Of a stretch of DNA of 61,118 nt, positions 43,063-54,808 are shown piece by piece. The stretch is from NCBI GenBank assembly GCA_035433005.1, contig DAORUD010000001.1, positions 1-61,118 of the forward strand. The letters are read 5' to 3'. Position numbers and translations under genes: made by a program. The stretch comes from Arenimonas sp. (GTDB lineage: Bacteria > Pseudomonadota > Gammaproteobacteria > Xanthomonadales > Xanthomonadaceae). The notes under the pieces are model-generated. The model was not told the origin of the DNA, did not search any database, and saw only the letters and a list, made by a program, of their open reading frames with translations. Every line of letters starts with the position of its first letter. The first letter of the stretch is position 1.

Positions 43063-44550
43063 ATGAGCGAGCTGCAGGACCTGACGTCGCTGATCCGCGC
43101 CAACACGGCGCTGATCGTGATCGAGACGCCGGACGAGGGCCGGGTGGTGGACCTGTTCATGCACGTGCTGATGCACGTGTGGCGGCCGCTGTTCCGATGG
43201 TCCATCACCGAAGGCCTGCGCCGCGTGGACCTGCACGGCGAGGACCAGCCGCTGTCGCCGCCCGACGCCACCACCACCCTGCGCACCATCCGCACGATGG
43301 ACCAGCGCGGCATCCACCTGCTGCTCGATTTCCACCCCTACCTGGGCTACGCCACCACCCAGCGCATGGTGCGCGAGCTGATCGACCGCCGCGACTGCAA
43401 GGAACACACGCTGGTGCTGGTGGGCGCCAAGATCGAGCTGCCCGAGGACCTCGAACACCTGGCCGTGCGCTTCTCGCTGCGCTTGCCCGACGAGAAGGTG
43501 CTGCTCAAGCTGGTGCAGGACGAGGCCGCGCTGTACATGCGCGAACACGGCGGCAAGCGCGTGGAAGTGGATCAGGACGCGCTGAAGATGATCGTGCGCA
43601 ACCTGCGCGGCGTGTCGATGATGGAGGCGCGGCGCCTGGCGCGTCACCTGATCTTCCGAGACGGCGTGATCAGCGCCAACGACCTGCCCGAGCTGGCCAA
43701 GCTGAAGTTCGAGCTGCTCAACAAGAGCGGCCACCTGCATTTCGAATACGACACGGCGCGCTTCGCCGACGTCGCCGGCCTCACGCGGCTCAAGGCCTGG
43801 GTGAACCAGCGCCGTGCCGCCTACGCCAACGAAGCGCTGCCGGTGGGCCTGGATCCGCCCAAGGGCATCCTGCTGCTGGGCGTGCAGGGCTGCGGCAAGT
43901 CACTGGCGGCCAAGGCGGTGGCGGGCGGCTTCGGCGTGCCGCTGGTGCGGCTGGACTTCGGCACGCTGTACAACAAGTTCCACGGCGAGACCGAGAAGAA
44001 CCTGCGCGACGCGCTGTCGTCGGCCGAACAGATCGCGCCGTGCGTGCTGTGGATTGACGAACTGGAAAAAGGCCTGGCCGCCTCGGGCAGCAGCGAGGAC
44101 GGCGGCGTATCGCGCCGCGTGCTGGGCTACTTCCTGACCTGGATGGCCGAGCGCAAGTCGCGCGTCTTCCTGGTGGCCACCGCCAACGCGGTGCACGACC
44201 TGCCGCCGGAGCTGCTGCGCAAGGGCCGCTTCGACGAGATCTTCTTCGTGGACCTGCCCAACCACGCTGCGCGCGCCGAGATTTTCCGCCTGCACCTGGC
44301 CAAGCGCGAAGTGGACTGGGAGGGTTTCTCGCTGTCGTCGCTGGCCGATGCCGCCGACGGCTTCTCCGGCGCCGAGATCGAACAGGCCGTGGTCAGCGCG
44401 CTGTACTCCGCGCATGCCGCCCAGGCCGTCGTGGACGAAGCGCGCGTGGTCGAGGAAATCCGCGCCACCCGCCCGCTGAGCGTGCTGATGGCCGAACAGG
44501 TCAACGGCCTGCGCGAGTGGGCCCGCACCCGCACCGTCCCGGCCGACTGA
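43063..44550 (+). CDS. AAA+ ATPase (Ycf46-like)
   Basis: Walker A GVQGCGKS, Walker B LWIDE, LRKGRFDEIFFVDLP, C-terminal LREWAR. Confidence 0.9.
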   Translation: MSELQDLTSLIRANTALIVIETPDEGRVVDLFMHVLMHVWRPLFRWSITEGLRRVDLHGEDQPLSPPDATTTLRTIRTMDQRGIHLLLDFHPYLGYATTQRMVRELIDRRDCKEHTLVLVGAKIELPEDLEHLAVRFSLRLPDEKVLLKLVQDEAALYMREHGGKRVEVDQDALKMIVRNLRGVSMMEARRLARHLIFRDGVISANDLPELAKLKFELLNKSGHLHFEYDTARFADVAGLTRLKAWVNQRRAAYANEALPVGLDPPKGILLLGVQGCGKSLAAKAVAGGFGVPLVRLDFGTLYNKFHGETEKNLRDALSSAEQIAPCVLWIDELEKGLAASGSSEDGGVSRRVLGYFLTWMAERKSRVFLVATANAVHDLPPELLRKGRFDEIFFVDLPNHAARAEIFRLHLAKREVDWEGFSLSSLADAADGFSGAEIEQAVVSALYSAHAAQAVVDEARVVEEIRATRPLSVLMAEQVNGLREWARTRTVPAD

Positions 44551-44559
44551 AAACCGGGG

Positions 44560-45039
44560 TCAGAACCAGCGGCGGACGCGGGTGCAGTAGTCGAGGTAGG
44601 GCTGGCCGAAGCGCTGGGCGAGGTAGCGTTCCTCGCGGGCGATCACGTAGTAGCGGATCACGATGATCACCGGCACCAGCAGCAGCAGCGGCCACAGCGC
44701 GTTGAACGCCAGCGCCACGGTGGCGTAGGCCAGGGCCATGCCCAGGTACATGGGGTTGCGGGTGTGGCGGTAGAGGCTGTCTTCCACCAGCGCGCTGTCT
44801 TCGCGCCAGGGGCGCGGGTCGTTCTTTCGGCGCCGGAAGCTGCGCAGCGAACTGGCCAGCAGCCACACCGCCACCAGGCCCAGCGCGAAGGCGTGCAGAT
44901 GCAGCCAGGTTTCACGCGAGGCGTCCACGATCGGCATCGCGAACCACCACCGGTCCAGCGCGAAGCCTGCGGCAAGACCGGCGAGGTAGACCACGGGGGG
45001 CGGGACGCGAACGCCCGGACCCTTTTCTTCCTGTGTCAT
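44560..45039 (-). CDS. isoprenylcysteine carboxyl methyltransferase family protein
   Basis: YRHTRNPMYLG, REERYL..FG..Y..VRRWF. Confidence 0.88.
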   Translation of the reverse strand: MTQEEKGPGVRVPPPVVYLAGLAAGFALDRWWFAMPIVDASRETWLHLHAFALGLVAVWLLASSLRSFRRRKNDPRPWREDSALVEDSLYRHTRNPMYLGMALAYATVALAFNALWPLLLLVPVIIVIRYYVIAREERYLAQRFGQPYLDYCTRVRRWF

Positions 45040-45043
45040 GGCA

Positions 45044-45958
45044 TCAACTCCAGCGCTGCAGCAGCCACGCCCACGCCGGCAGCGTGACCAGCGACAGCAG
45101 GATGCCATAACCCACCATCGCCGCCGCCAGGCCCGGCGCCAGGCGGTGGGAAATGGCCAGCGCCGCGGCGGTGATCATCGGCGGCATCGCCGATTCCAGC
45201 ACCACGGTGTCGTGCTGCACGGCGGTCAGGCCCAGCAGCGGCGCAATGCCCAGCGCGATCAGCGGCATCACAGCCAGCTTCAGCGCCAGGCCCGCGGCCA
45301 GCGGCTTGAGTTCGTCGCGCGGCAGCTTCAGCTGCAGGCTCAGGCCGATGGCCAGCACCACCAGCGGCAGCAGCGCGTCGGCCAGCCGCTGCAGGCCGCC
45401 AGCGATCCACGCGGGGGGCGCCTCGGGCATCAGCGTCAGCCCGAACACCAGTGCGAGGAAGGGCGGGAACGTGGCGATGCGGCGGGCAATGAGCGCGGGC
45501 GTGGGCCTGGCATCGCCGCCGTAGCGCGCCAGCACGTACAGCCCGAACGTGGACAGGATAAGGAAAGCACCGAACTGGTCGTAGATGACCGCATGCGGCA
45601 GCGCGTCCTCGCCCAGCAGCGCGCGCACCAGCGGGTAGCCCAGGAAACTGGTGTTGCCCAGCGCCACGCACAGCAGCAGCACGGCGTGTTCGTCGGCGCG
45701 CAGCTTCAGCGCGCGCGTGGCCAGCGACACCAGCGCCACCGTGGCCGCCAGCAGGAGCCACGGCACCGCCGCCACCGCCAGCACCTCTCGGCCCAGCTCC
45801 AGCCGCGGCGCGTAGATCAGCACCGACGCCGGCAGGCACACGTACAGCACCACCTTGTTCAACACCTCGGCGGCGTTGTCGGGGAACACGCGCAGGTGCT
45901 GGAACGCCAGCCCCAGGGCCAGCATCGCCAGGATCAGGGCGAAGGCGTCGAACGCCAT
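45044..45958 (-). CDS. AEC-family transporter
   Basis: About 10 TM segments; GNTSFLGYP and ESAMP motifs. Confidence 0.88.
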   Translation of the reverse strand: MAFDAFALILAMLALGLAFQHLRVFPDNAAEVLNKVVLYVCLPASVLIYAPRLELGREVLAVAAVPWLLLAATVALVSLATRALKLRADEHAVLLLCVALGNTSFLGYPLVRALLGEDALPHAVIYDQFGAFLILSTFGLYVLARYGGDARPTPALIARRIATFPPFLALVFGLTLMPEAPPAWIAGGLQRLADALLPLVVLAIGLSLQLKLPRDELKPLAAGLALKLAVMPLIALGIAPLLGLTAVQHDTVVLESAMPPMITAAALAISHRLAPGLAAAMVGYGILLSLVTLPAWAWLLQRWS

Positions 45959-45967
45959 CCGCGGGCC

Positions 45968-46645
45968 TCAGCCCAGCGGCACGTCGAGCGGCTGGGCGCC
46001 GTCGAGCATGAAGCGCGCATTGAAGGCCACGGTGATGCGCTCGCCCTCGCCCTCGAACGGCAGCACTTCGTGCAGCAGCCACGACGGGAAGATCACCAGC
46101 TGTCCCGGCTCGAGCCGCAGCGAACGCGGGCTCATCGCATAGGGCGGCTTCATGTTGGCCAGCGCCATGTCCAGGTACATCGTGGCCGAGGCCTGCGGGT
46201 TGATGAAGGTGAGCCGGCCGCTGTCGCTGGCCGGGTCGTCGCCGTCGTGCTTGACGCAGTACACGCCCGACCACGAGTGCATGGCGTGGTTGTGGGCGCC
46301 GAAAAACCCGCCGCGGCGGGTGATGTGGAACCACGACTGGTGCTGGATGTGCAGCTTCATCAGCATGGCCCGGTCGTAGCCGTTGAGCTCGCCGATGGCG
46401 CGGTACAGGTTGGCCCAGCAGAAATCGCGCAGCTTCGCGCAGGCCGGCTGCGGCCAGTCGAACAGGCGGAAGTTGCTTTCGAACAGCTGCTTGTTGCGCG
46501 AGACGATGGGCTCGGGGTTGCGGTACTTGTCGCCCTCGGCCTCGCGGGCCAGGAACAGGTCGCGCAGCTGGCGGTTCAGTTCGGCGTGGTCGTCGAGCTT
46601 GGCGTACACCAGCGGGACGGAAAAGGCGGGGGTGATCTGGAACAT
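45968..46645 (-). CDS. putative 2OG-Fe(II) oxygenase (TIGR02466-like)
   Basis: HNH..WSGVY, FPSWLLHEV, RITVAFN. Confidence 0.82.
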   Translation of the reverse strand: MFQITPAFSVPLVYAKLDDHAELNRQLRDLFLAREAEGDKYRNPEPIVSRNKQLFESNFRLFDWPQPACAKLRDFCWANLYRAIGELNGYDRAMLMKLHIQHQSWFHITRRGGFFGAHNHAMHSWSGVYCVKHDGDDPASDSGRLTFINPQASATMYLDMALANMKPPYAMSPRSLRLEPGQLVIFPSWLLHEVLPFEGEGERITVAFNARFMLDGAQPLDVPLG

Positions 46646-46750
46646 GGCGGGGCCAACACGGGCGGAGTGGATGCTGCCTGCATCAGACCGTCAAACCCCC
46701 GGGGGCGTCAATGCCGCGCGCCCGGCGGGGGCGCGCGGCAGCGGCCAGGC

Positions 46751-48580
46751 TCAGGCCGCGGCGGCTTCGGCCTTCTGGCGGGCGATCCACTCGCGGATCT
46801 TCACCTGCAGCACGCCCATCGGCAGCGCGCCGTCAATCAGCACCTGGCGGTGGAAGGCGCGCACGTCGAACCTGTCCCCCAGCTCGGCCTCGGCTTCGGT
46901 GCGCAGCTCGCGGATCACGCGCTGGCCCACCTTGTACGACAGCGCCTGGCCGGGGATGACGATGTAGCGCTCCACTTCGGCCACCACGTCCGACTCGGCC
47001 ATGGACGAGTTGGCCATCATGTAGTCAATGGCCTGCTGGCGGCTCCAGCCCAGGTGGTGCAGGCCGGTGTCCACCACCAGGCGCATGGCGCGCAGCTGTT
47101 CGTCGCTCAGGCGGCCGTACCACTGGTAGGGGTCGGTGAACACGCCCAGCTCCTTGCCCAGCGACTCGGCGTACAGCGCCCAGCCCTCGGCGAACGCCGT
47201 GTAGCCGCCGAAGCGGCGGAAGGCCGGCAGCGACTCCACTTCCTGCTGGATCGAGATCTGGAAGTGGTGGCCCGGCGAGGCCTCGTGGATGGACAGCGTC
47301 TCGACCAGGAAGTTGGGCTGGGCCTTGAGGTTGTAGGTGTTGAGGTAGAACACGCCCGGCCGCGAGCCGTCCGGCGTGGGCGCCTGGTAGGACGCGCCGG
47401 CGTCGCTCTGCGCGCGGAAGGCTTCCACTTCGCGCACTTCGTAGTCGGCCTTGGGGAACACGTCGAAGAGTTTGGGCAGCAGCGGGTTGATCTTCTTCTG
47501 CACGTCGCGGTAGGCCTGCAGCGCTTCTTCGGGCGTCTTGAAGTAGAACTGGTCGTCGGTCTTGAGGTGCTCGAAGAAGGCGGGCAGGTCGCCCTGGAAG
47601 CCGACCTGTTCGCGCACCGCGTTCATCTCGCCCAGGATGCGCGCCACTTCGTCCAGGCCGTACTGGTGGATGGCTTCGGGGCTGAGGTCGGTGGTGGTCT
47701 GCTCGCGCACCTTGAGCGCATACCAGGCGCGGCCGTCGGGCAGCTCGCTCATGCCGACCGTTTCGCGCGCGGCGGGCAGGTATTCGTCGCGCAGGAAGTC
47801 GCGCATCTTGGTGTAGCCCGGCACCACTACGTCGGTGATGGCGGCGCGGTACGCGGCCGTGAGGCGCTCACGCTCGGCCGGCGGGAAATCGGCCGGCATG
47901 TCGGTGATCGGGCCCCAGAACACGCTGTCCTCGGGCTTGGCGACGATGTGCGCGGCGAACTGCGGCACGATCTTCTCCACCACCGGGCGCGGCTGGGTGA
48001 CGCCGGCGGCCATGCCCGCGCGCAGGTTGGCAATGACGCCGTCGTTGATGACCGGGAAGCGGGCGATGCGGGCCAGGAAATCGTCGTAGTGCTTGACCTC
48101 GCGGAACGGCTGGATGCCCTTGCCCGAGCCCAGCTGGGCGAAGAAGCTGCCGTGGTTGCCGAACTGGCTGACCGCCAGCATCCAGCCGGGGAAGCGGTTG
48201 GCTTCGAGCGAGAGTTCGCGGTCGCTGATGAACACGTCGCGGCTCAGTCGGTGCTGGCCGGTGAGCGCGTCGCGGTCCAGGGCCTGCACGCGGGCGAGGA
48301 AATCACGCTCGCGCGCTTCGCTTTCGGCGCGGAAGGCTTCGGAGGTGAAGTCGGGCAGCTGGTCGTTGTAGCGCAGGTCGCCCAGCGCGGTGGCGAAGAT
48401 CGGGTTGGCCTTGAGTTCGGCTTCGTGCCACTGCTCGAGCAGGGCGTCGAGTTCGGCCGCCACGGCCGCGGGGTCGGCGGCGGCGGCCACCGGTGCGGGA
48501 GCGACGGGGGCCGGGGCGGGCTCGCGGCTGCAGGCCGAGACGGCCAGCAGGCAGGGCAACATCAGTACCAGGACGCGCAT
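46751..48580 (-). CDS. DUF885-family lipoprotein
   Basis: Lipobox VSAC; HEASPGHHFQ, EGWALYAE, RLVVDTGLH, PGQALSYKVG. Confidence 0.92.
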   Translation of the reverse strand: MRVLVLMLPCLLAVSACSREPAPAPVAPAPVAAAADPAAVAAELDALLEQWHEAELKANPIFATALGDLRYNDQLPDFTSEAFRAESEARERDFLARVQALDRDALTGQHRLSRDVFISDRELSLEANRFPGWMLAVSQFGNHGSFFAQLGSGKGIQPFREVKHYDDFLARIARFPVINDGVIANLRAGMAAGVTQPRPVVEKIVPQFAAHIVAKPEDSVFWGPITDMPADFPPAERERLTAAYRAAITDVVVPGYTKMRDFLRDEYLPAARETVGMSELPDGRAWYALKVREQTTTDLSPEAIHQYGLDEVARILGEMNAVREQVGFQGDLPAFFEHLKTDDQFYFKTPEEALQAYRDVQKKINPLLPKLFDVFPKADYEVREVEAFRAQSDAGASYQAPTPDGSRPGVFYLNTYNLKAQPNFLVETLSIHEASPGHHFQISIQQEVESLPAFRRFGGYTAFAEGWALYAESLGKELGVFTDPYQWYGRLSDEQLRAMRLVVDTGLHHLGWSRQQAIDYMMANSSMAESDVVAEVERYIVIPGQALSYKVGQRVIRELRTEAEAELGDRFDVRAFHRQVLIDGALPMGVLQVKIREWIARQKAEAAAA

Positions 48581-48649
48581 CACGGTTCCTTCGCTTTCGG
48601 CAGGGAGGCTTTGCGCTATCTTCGCGCAGTCCACGCCCGGAGCCTACCG

Positions 48650-50359
<1,710 letters not shown>

Positions 50360-50368
50360 AGAAGAAAT

Positions 50369-50419
50369 CGTACCAGGTACATTTTCAGTCTCATTGAGAC
50401 TGAAAATGTACCTGGTACG
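50369..50419. repeat. REP/MITE-like palindromic element P3
   Basis: 25-bp perfect arms CGTACCAGGTACATTTTCAGTCTCA around a single T; AT-rich; between convergent genes. Confidence 0.9.
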
Positions 50420-53261
50420 TCATCTCTACGTGGAGGCGGAGGCGCTCGGCGGCGGTTTCGACGTCGGCGCAGTGCGGAAGCAGCTGCGACCAGTCGCCGG
50501 ATTTCGCGGCGGCCTCCACTTCGGCCGCGGCCTCGCCCAGCTGCTGGGCGCCCACCAGGCGCGCCGCGCCCTTGATCTTGTGCGCCTGGCGCGCCACCTG
50601 CGCCAGGTCGCCGGCGGCACGGGCCGACTGCAGGCCCTGCAGGTCGGCCGCCGTGGCGGCCAGGAAATCGTCCATCAGCGCGCGGCATTCGCGCGGGTCG
50701 CCGCCGGTGAGCGTGTCGAGCACCGACGCGTCCAGCGCCAGCGGCTCGGTGCGCACCTGCGGCAGCGGCGCGCTGGCCACCATGTCGCCCGCCAGCGGCA
50801 CCGTGTGCGGCAGCCAGCGGCGCAGGCAGGCCACCAGTTCGGGAATGCTGACCGGCTTGGACAGGTAGTCGTCCATGCCCGCGGCCAGGCAGCGCTCGGC
50901 TTCGCCCTTCAGCGCGGCGGCGGTGAGCGCGATCACCGGCGTGCGCGCCTGGCCGCTGCGCGCTTCCTCGGTGCGCAGCGCGCGCGCCATTTCATAGCCG
51001 TCCATCTCGGGCATGTGCACGTCCGACAGCACCAGGGCATAGCGTCCGGTGCGCCACGCCTCGAGCCCCTTCACGCCGTCTTCGGCCGATTCGCTGGCGT
51101 AGCCGGCCAGCGCCAGCTGCCGCGCCACCACCAGCCGGTTGGTCGGATGGTCGTCCACGATCAGCACCAGGCTGCGTTCGGCCAGCGCCTGCGCCACCGA
51201 CGGCAGCGGCCGCGCCAGGAAGCCCTGGCCGGGCTCGGCGGGTGATTCGGGCTCGAGGTTTTCCACCTCGCCGCGCGGCACCACCAGGGTCAGCCGCAGC
51301 GTGGTGCCGGCGCCCGGCGTGCTGTCCATTTCCACGGTGCCGCCCATCAGTTCGGCCAGCCGGCGCGAAATCACCAGGCCCAGCCCGGTACCGCCGAAGC
51401 GCCGGGTGGTGCTGCCCTCGGCCTGCTGGAAGGGCTGGAACAGCCGCGCTTGCTGTTCGGGCGTGACGCCGATGCCGGTGTCGGTGATGCGGAAGCACAC
51501 GCGGTCGCCGTCGCCGTCGCGGCCGCGCCACTCCAGCGCCGCCTCCACCATGCCCGCCTCGGTGAACTTGATGGCGTTGGACAGGAAGTTGCCCAGCACC
51601 TGCCGCAGCCGCAGGCCGTCGGCCACGTGCGCGGGGCCGATGCGGTCGTCCACGCTGCAGGTCAGCACCAGGCCCTTGCTGGACGCCGAGCCGGTGAAGT
51701 TGGCCACCGTGGACTGCAGCAGCCGGGGCAGCGAGATGGTGCTGGGCGACAGCTCCAGCCGCCCGGCCTCCACCTTCGAGAAATCCAGGATGTCGCCGAT
51801 GATCTGCAGCAGCGACCGCGCCGACTGCTGGATCACCTGCACGGTGCGGCGCTGGTCGTCGTCGAGCTGGCTGTGCGACAGCACTTCGAGCATGCCGGTG
51901 ACGCCGATCATGGGCGTGCGTATTTCGTGGCTCATCGCGGCCACGAAGCTGGACTTGGCCTCGCTGGCCTCGCGGGCGCGCGTTTCGCTCTTGCGCAGGC
52001 GCTGCTCCAGCTGCTTGATCTGGGTGAGGTCGGTGCCCACCGCCAGGTAGCCCACCGTCTTGCCGCTGCCGTCGCGCATGGCCGACGTGGCCAGCAGCAC
52101 CGGCACCTGGCTGCCGTCCTTGCGCACGAAGTTCCACTCCAGCGGCGGCGAACCCTGCTCGATCAGCACCGGGATAAGGCGCGCGTCGGCCGGCACGCGC
52201 TCGTCGCGGGCCGCGGTAAGGTCGGCGGCCAGCCGCTCCACCTCGTCCTGCACCATCAGGCGCTCCATGCTGCGCTTGCCGATCATGTCCTCGGCGCGGT
52301 AGCCGGTAAGCCGTTCGGCGTGCGGGTTGAAGCTGGTGAAGCGGCCGTCGAGGTCAATGGACATGATGGCCACCCGCGCCGCCGCGAACAGCGAGCGCTG
52401 GAACACCTCGCGCTCGTGCAGCGCCTCGCGCACCTGTTCGTTCCGGTACAGCTGCTGGTTGAGCTCGGCCTCGAACTTGCGCACGTCGTCGCGCATCACC
52501 AGGAACGCGTCCAGCACTTCGCCCAGTTCGCCGCTGGGCCGGAACCGCGGCACCGCCTGGTAGTCGTGCCGGCGCATCTGCTGCGCCAGCGAGGTCAGGC
52601 CCTCGACGCCCTTGTAGATGTTGCGCACCAGCTTCTGCCCCACCAGGCCCACCACCACCAGGGTCACCAGGCTGAGCAGCGTGCGAATCCAGGCCGCGCG
52701 CTGCGCACGCTGCTCCTGCTCGCGGACCTGGGCTTCGGCCTCGATCATCTCGAGGTCGCTCAGGTGCTTCATGCGGATGGTCACCGGATCGATGGCCGGG
52801 TACAGCTCGGTGTCGGCGAACCGGGCCAGGGCGACGATGTCGCGCTGCGCCAGCACGCCGCGCAGCGTCTGCGCGGCGGTGTCGGCGCGGATGCGGGCGC
52901 GCGCTATCTGCTCGTACAGCGTGCGCTGCTGCCGCGTCTTGGGCATGGCCTCGAGCGCCGACCAGTGCTCGCGGATGCGCAGGCGCGCGTTGTCCACCAC
53001 CTGTTCGCCCTCCTCCCAGGCAATCAGTCCGTTGCGGACCCGGAAGGTGGTGTCCACGATGTCCAGGCCATAGGCGTCCGACACCGCCTTGATGCGGCGC
53101 AGGCCGGCGAGGGATTCGTCCTTGAGCTGCACCAGGGCCTGCTGGCTGCGCTGGCGCTCGTACTCGTCCAGCGCCAGCACCGCCGCCCCGGTGAACATCA
53201 GCAGGCCGAACAGGCCCAGCAGCTGCAGCCGGATGCCGAACTTGGGCCCGGGGCGCGGCAT
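50391..53261 (-). CDS. hybrid sensor kinase (periplasmic sensor-HAMP-PAS-HisKA-HATPase-REC-Hpt)
   Basis: MSHEIRTPM, GGTGLGL, LIVDDHP, SDVHMP, AHKIKGAA. Confidence 0.93.
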   Translation of the reverse strand: MPRPGPKFGIRLQLLGLFGLLMFTGAAVLALDEYERQRSQQALVQLKDESLAGLRRIKAVSDAYGLDIVDTTFRVRNGLIAWEEGEQVVDNARLRIREHWSALEAMPKTRQQRTLYEQIARARIRADTAAQTLRGVLAQRDIVALARFADTELYPAIDPVTIRMKHLSDLEMIEAEAQVREQEQRAQRAAWIRTLLSLVTLVVVGLVGQKLVRNIYKGVEGLTSLAQQMRRHDYQAVPRFRPSGELGEVLDAFLVMRDDVRKFEAELNQQLYRNEQVREALHEREVFQRSLFAAARVAIMSIDLDGRFTSFNPHAERLTGYRAEDMIGKRSMERLMVQDEVERLAADLTAARDERVPADARLIPVLIEQGSPPLEWNFVRKDGSQVPVLLATSAMRDGSGKTVGYLAVGTDLTQIKQLEQRLRKSETRAREASEAKSSFVAAMSHEIRTPMIGVTGMLEVLSHSQLDDDQRRTVQVIQQSARSLLQIIGDILDFSKVEAGRLELSPSTISLPRLLQSTVANFTGSASSKGLVLTCSVDDRIGPAHVADGLRLRQVLGNFLSNAIKFTEAGMVEAALEWRGRDGDGDRVCFRITDTGIGVTPEQQARLFQPFQQAEGSTTRRFGGTGLGLVISRRLAELMGGTVEMDSTPGAGTTLRLTLVVPRGEVENLEPESPAEPGQGFLARPLPSVAQALAERSLVLIVDDHPTNRLVVARQLALAGYASESAEDGVKGLEAWRTGRYALVLSDVHMPEMDGYEMARALRTEEARSGQARTPVIALTAAALKGEAERCLAAGMDDYLSKPVSIPELVACLRRWLPHTVPLAGDMVASAPLPQVRTEPLALDASVLDTLTGGDPRECRALMDDFLAATAADLQGLQSARAAGDLAQVARQAHKIKGAARLVGAQQLGEAAAEVEAAAKSGDWSQLLPHCADVETAAERLRLHVEMTYQVHFQSQ

Positions 53262-53268
53262 GGCCGGC

Positions 53269-54474
53269 CTAGTGGTGGGTCTGGCGCCAGCGCAGGATCG
53301 CGTCGGGTAGCTGTTCGCCCGGCACCGCCGGCGAGATCAGATAGCCCTGGGCGTAGTCGCAGCCCAGGCCCGCCAGCAGCTGCCACTCCTCCACCGTTTC
53401 CACGCCCTCGGCCACCACCCGCAGCTCGAGCTTGCGGGCCAGGTCGAGGCTGGTTTCGATCATGGCGCGCTTGCGCGGCTGGGTGGGCGCGCCGCTGACG
53501 AAGCCGCGGTCGATCTTCAGCGCCGAGAACGGGATTTGCGACAGCTGCGACAGCGACGAATAGCCGGTGCCGAAATCGTCCACGCTCAGGCCGAAGCCCT
53601 TCAGGCGCAGGCGCGCCAGCATGCCCAGGCCGCGCGCGGTGTCGCTCATCACCGAGCTTTCGGTGATTTCCAGCACCACCTGTTCGGGCGACAGGCCGTG
53701 TTCGCGCAGCACCGCCTCGTAGCGGTCGGCCACTTCGGGGCCGGTGAGGTTTTGCGCCGACACGTTGACCGAGATCTTCAGGTCCAGGCCGCGCGCCTGC
53801 CAGCGCTTCCACCACGCGCAGGACTCCACCAGCATCAGGTTGGTGAGTTCGTCTATCAGGCCGCCGGCCTCCATCATCGGCACGAACACCGCCGGCGGCA
53901 CCATGCGCCCGTCGGGCAGGCGCCAGCGGGCCAGCGCCTCGACGCCGACGATCTTGCCGTTGCCGAACTCGGCCTGCGGCTGGAACCAGGGGTGGACTTC
54001 GCCGCGGGCCAGCGCGTCGCGCGCCTGGTCGAGGGTGACGTCAACGTCCAGCACCGCCGCGCCCGCACCCACTTCGGTTTCGTACACCGACAGCACCGTG
54101 GTGAGCTTGCCCGGCGTGAGCGGCTTTTCGACGCAGCCCAGCACGCGCAGGCCCGACGCCTTGGCCATCACCTGCACGGTGTGCAGCAGCGCCGGCTCCA
54201 TCGCGCTGACCACGGCGATGGAGTGGGCCAGCCGCTCCTGGGCGACGATGCCGATGAACTCGATGCCGTCCATGCCGGGCATGTCCAGGTCCACCAGCAC
54301 CACGTCGGGCGGCTCGGGCATGGCGCGCAGCAGGTCCAGCGCCTGGAAGCCGTCGGAGGCCTCGTGCAGCTTGGTCAGTCCGAGGTCGGAAAGCAGCCGA
54401 AGGCCCAGGCGGCGCTGGAAGCCGTGGTCTTCGACCAGAAGGATGCAAAGCCCCGCCAAACCCATGCCCGCCAT
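53269..54474 (-). CDS. REC-EAL c-di-GMP phosphodiesterase response regulator
   Basis: LLVEDH, DLDMP; EALARW, LEITES, DDFGTGYSS, AEGVE, QGY. Confidence 0.93.
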   Translation of the reverse strand: MAGMGLAGLCILLVEDHGFQRRLGLRLLSDLGLTKLHEASDGFQALDLLRAMPEPPDVVLVDLDMPGMDGIEFIGIVAQERLAHSIAVVSAMEPALLHTVQVMAKASGLRVLGCVEKPLTPGKLTTVLSVYETEVGAGAAVLDVDVTLDQARDALARGEVHPWFQPQAEFGNGKIVGVEALARWRLPDGRMVPPAVFVPMMEAGGLIDELTNLMLVESCAWWKRWQARGLDLKISVNVSAQNLTGPEVADRYEAVLREHGLSPEQVVLEITESSVMSDTARGLGMLARLRLKGFGLSVDDFGTGYSSLSQLSQIPFSALKIDRGFVSGAPTQPRKRAMIETSLDLARKLELRVVAEGVETVEEWQLLAGLGCDYAQGYLISPAVPGEQLPDAILRWRQTHH

Positions 54475-54808
54475 CCCGGTTGTGTTCGCGCTTCGAGTCT
54501 AACCCGCGTTTCGTTCAGCTTGGAAGTTGCCCCGCGGTGCAGCGGCGGGCTCTCCGGACAACGTCGCGACCGCGGTGATCCGGCCGCGCCGGGGGCGCCC
54601 CGGCGCCGACCCGCGTGAAGACCGCCGGGTCGAAACTGTGCTGCAGCGCACATTGCTATCGCCGCGAACCATACGCTAGCGTCCGGCCTGCGGTGGCACG
54701 GGGGACGCACGGCATGCCGGGGCGTCGCCACTGCAGATCAGGTTCGTCGCTTCATGTCGGACGCCGGCGCGGGTCCATGGCGTACACCAAATCCAAGGGG
54801 AGAGAACG

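Noticed and set aside
44555-44564. CGGGGTCAGA match to the palindrome family motif
   Set aside because: Single short match overlapping a stop codon with no partner arm
46712-46740. 12-bp GC hairpin after the DUF885 gene
   Set aside because: Plausible terminator but no clear U-tract, so not called
45038-48649. N-terminal ~1200 aa of the 1773-aa ORF ending in ggt (apparent giant fusion)
   Set aside because: Shadow of the AEC, oxygenase and DUF885 genes; ggt starts near 48650 with its own signal peptide
54700-54720. GGGACGCA resemblance to the c-di-GMP-I riboswitch
   Set aside because: Lacks the GCAAAC / GNRA tetraloop / GCAAAG core
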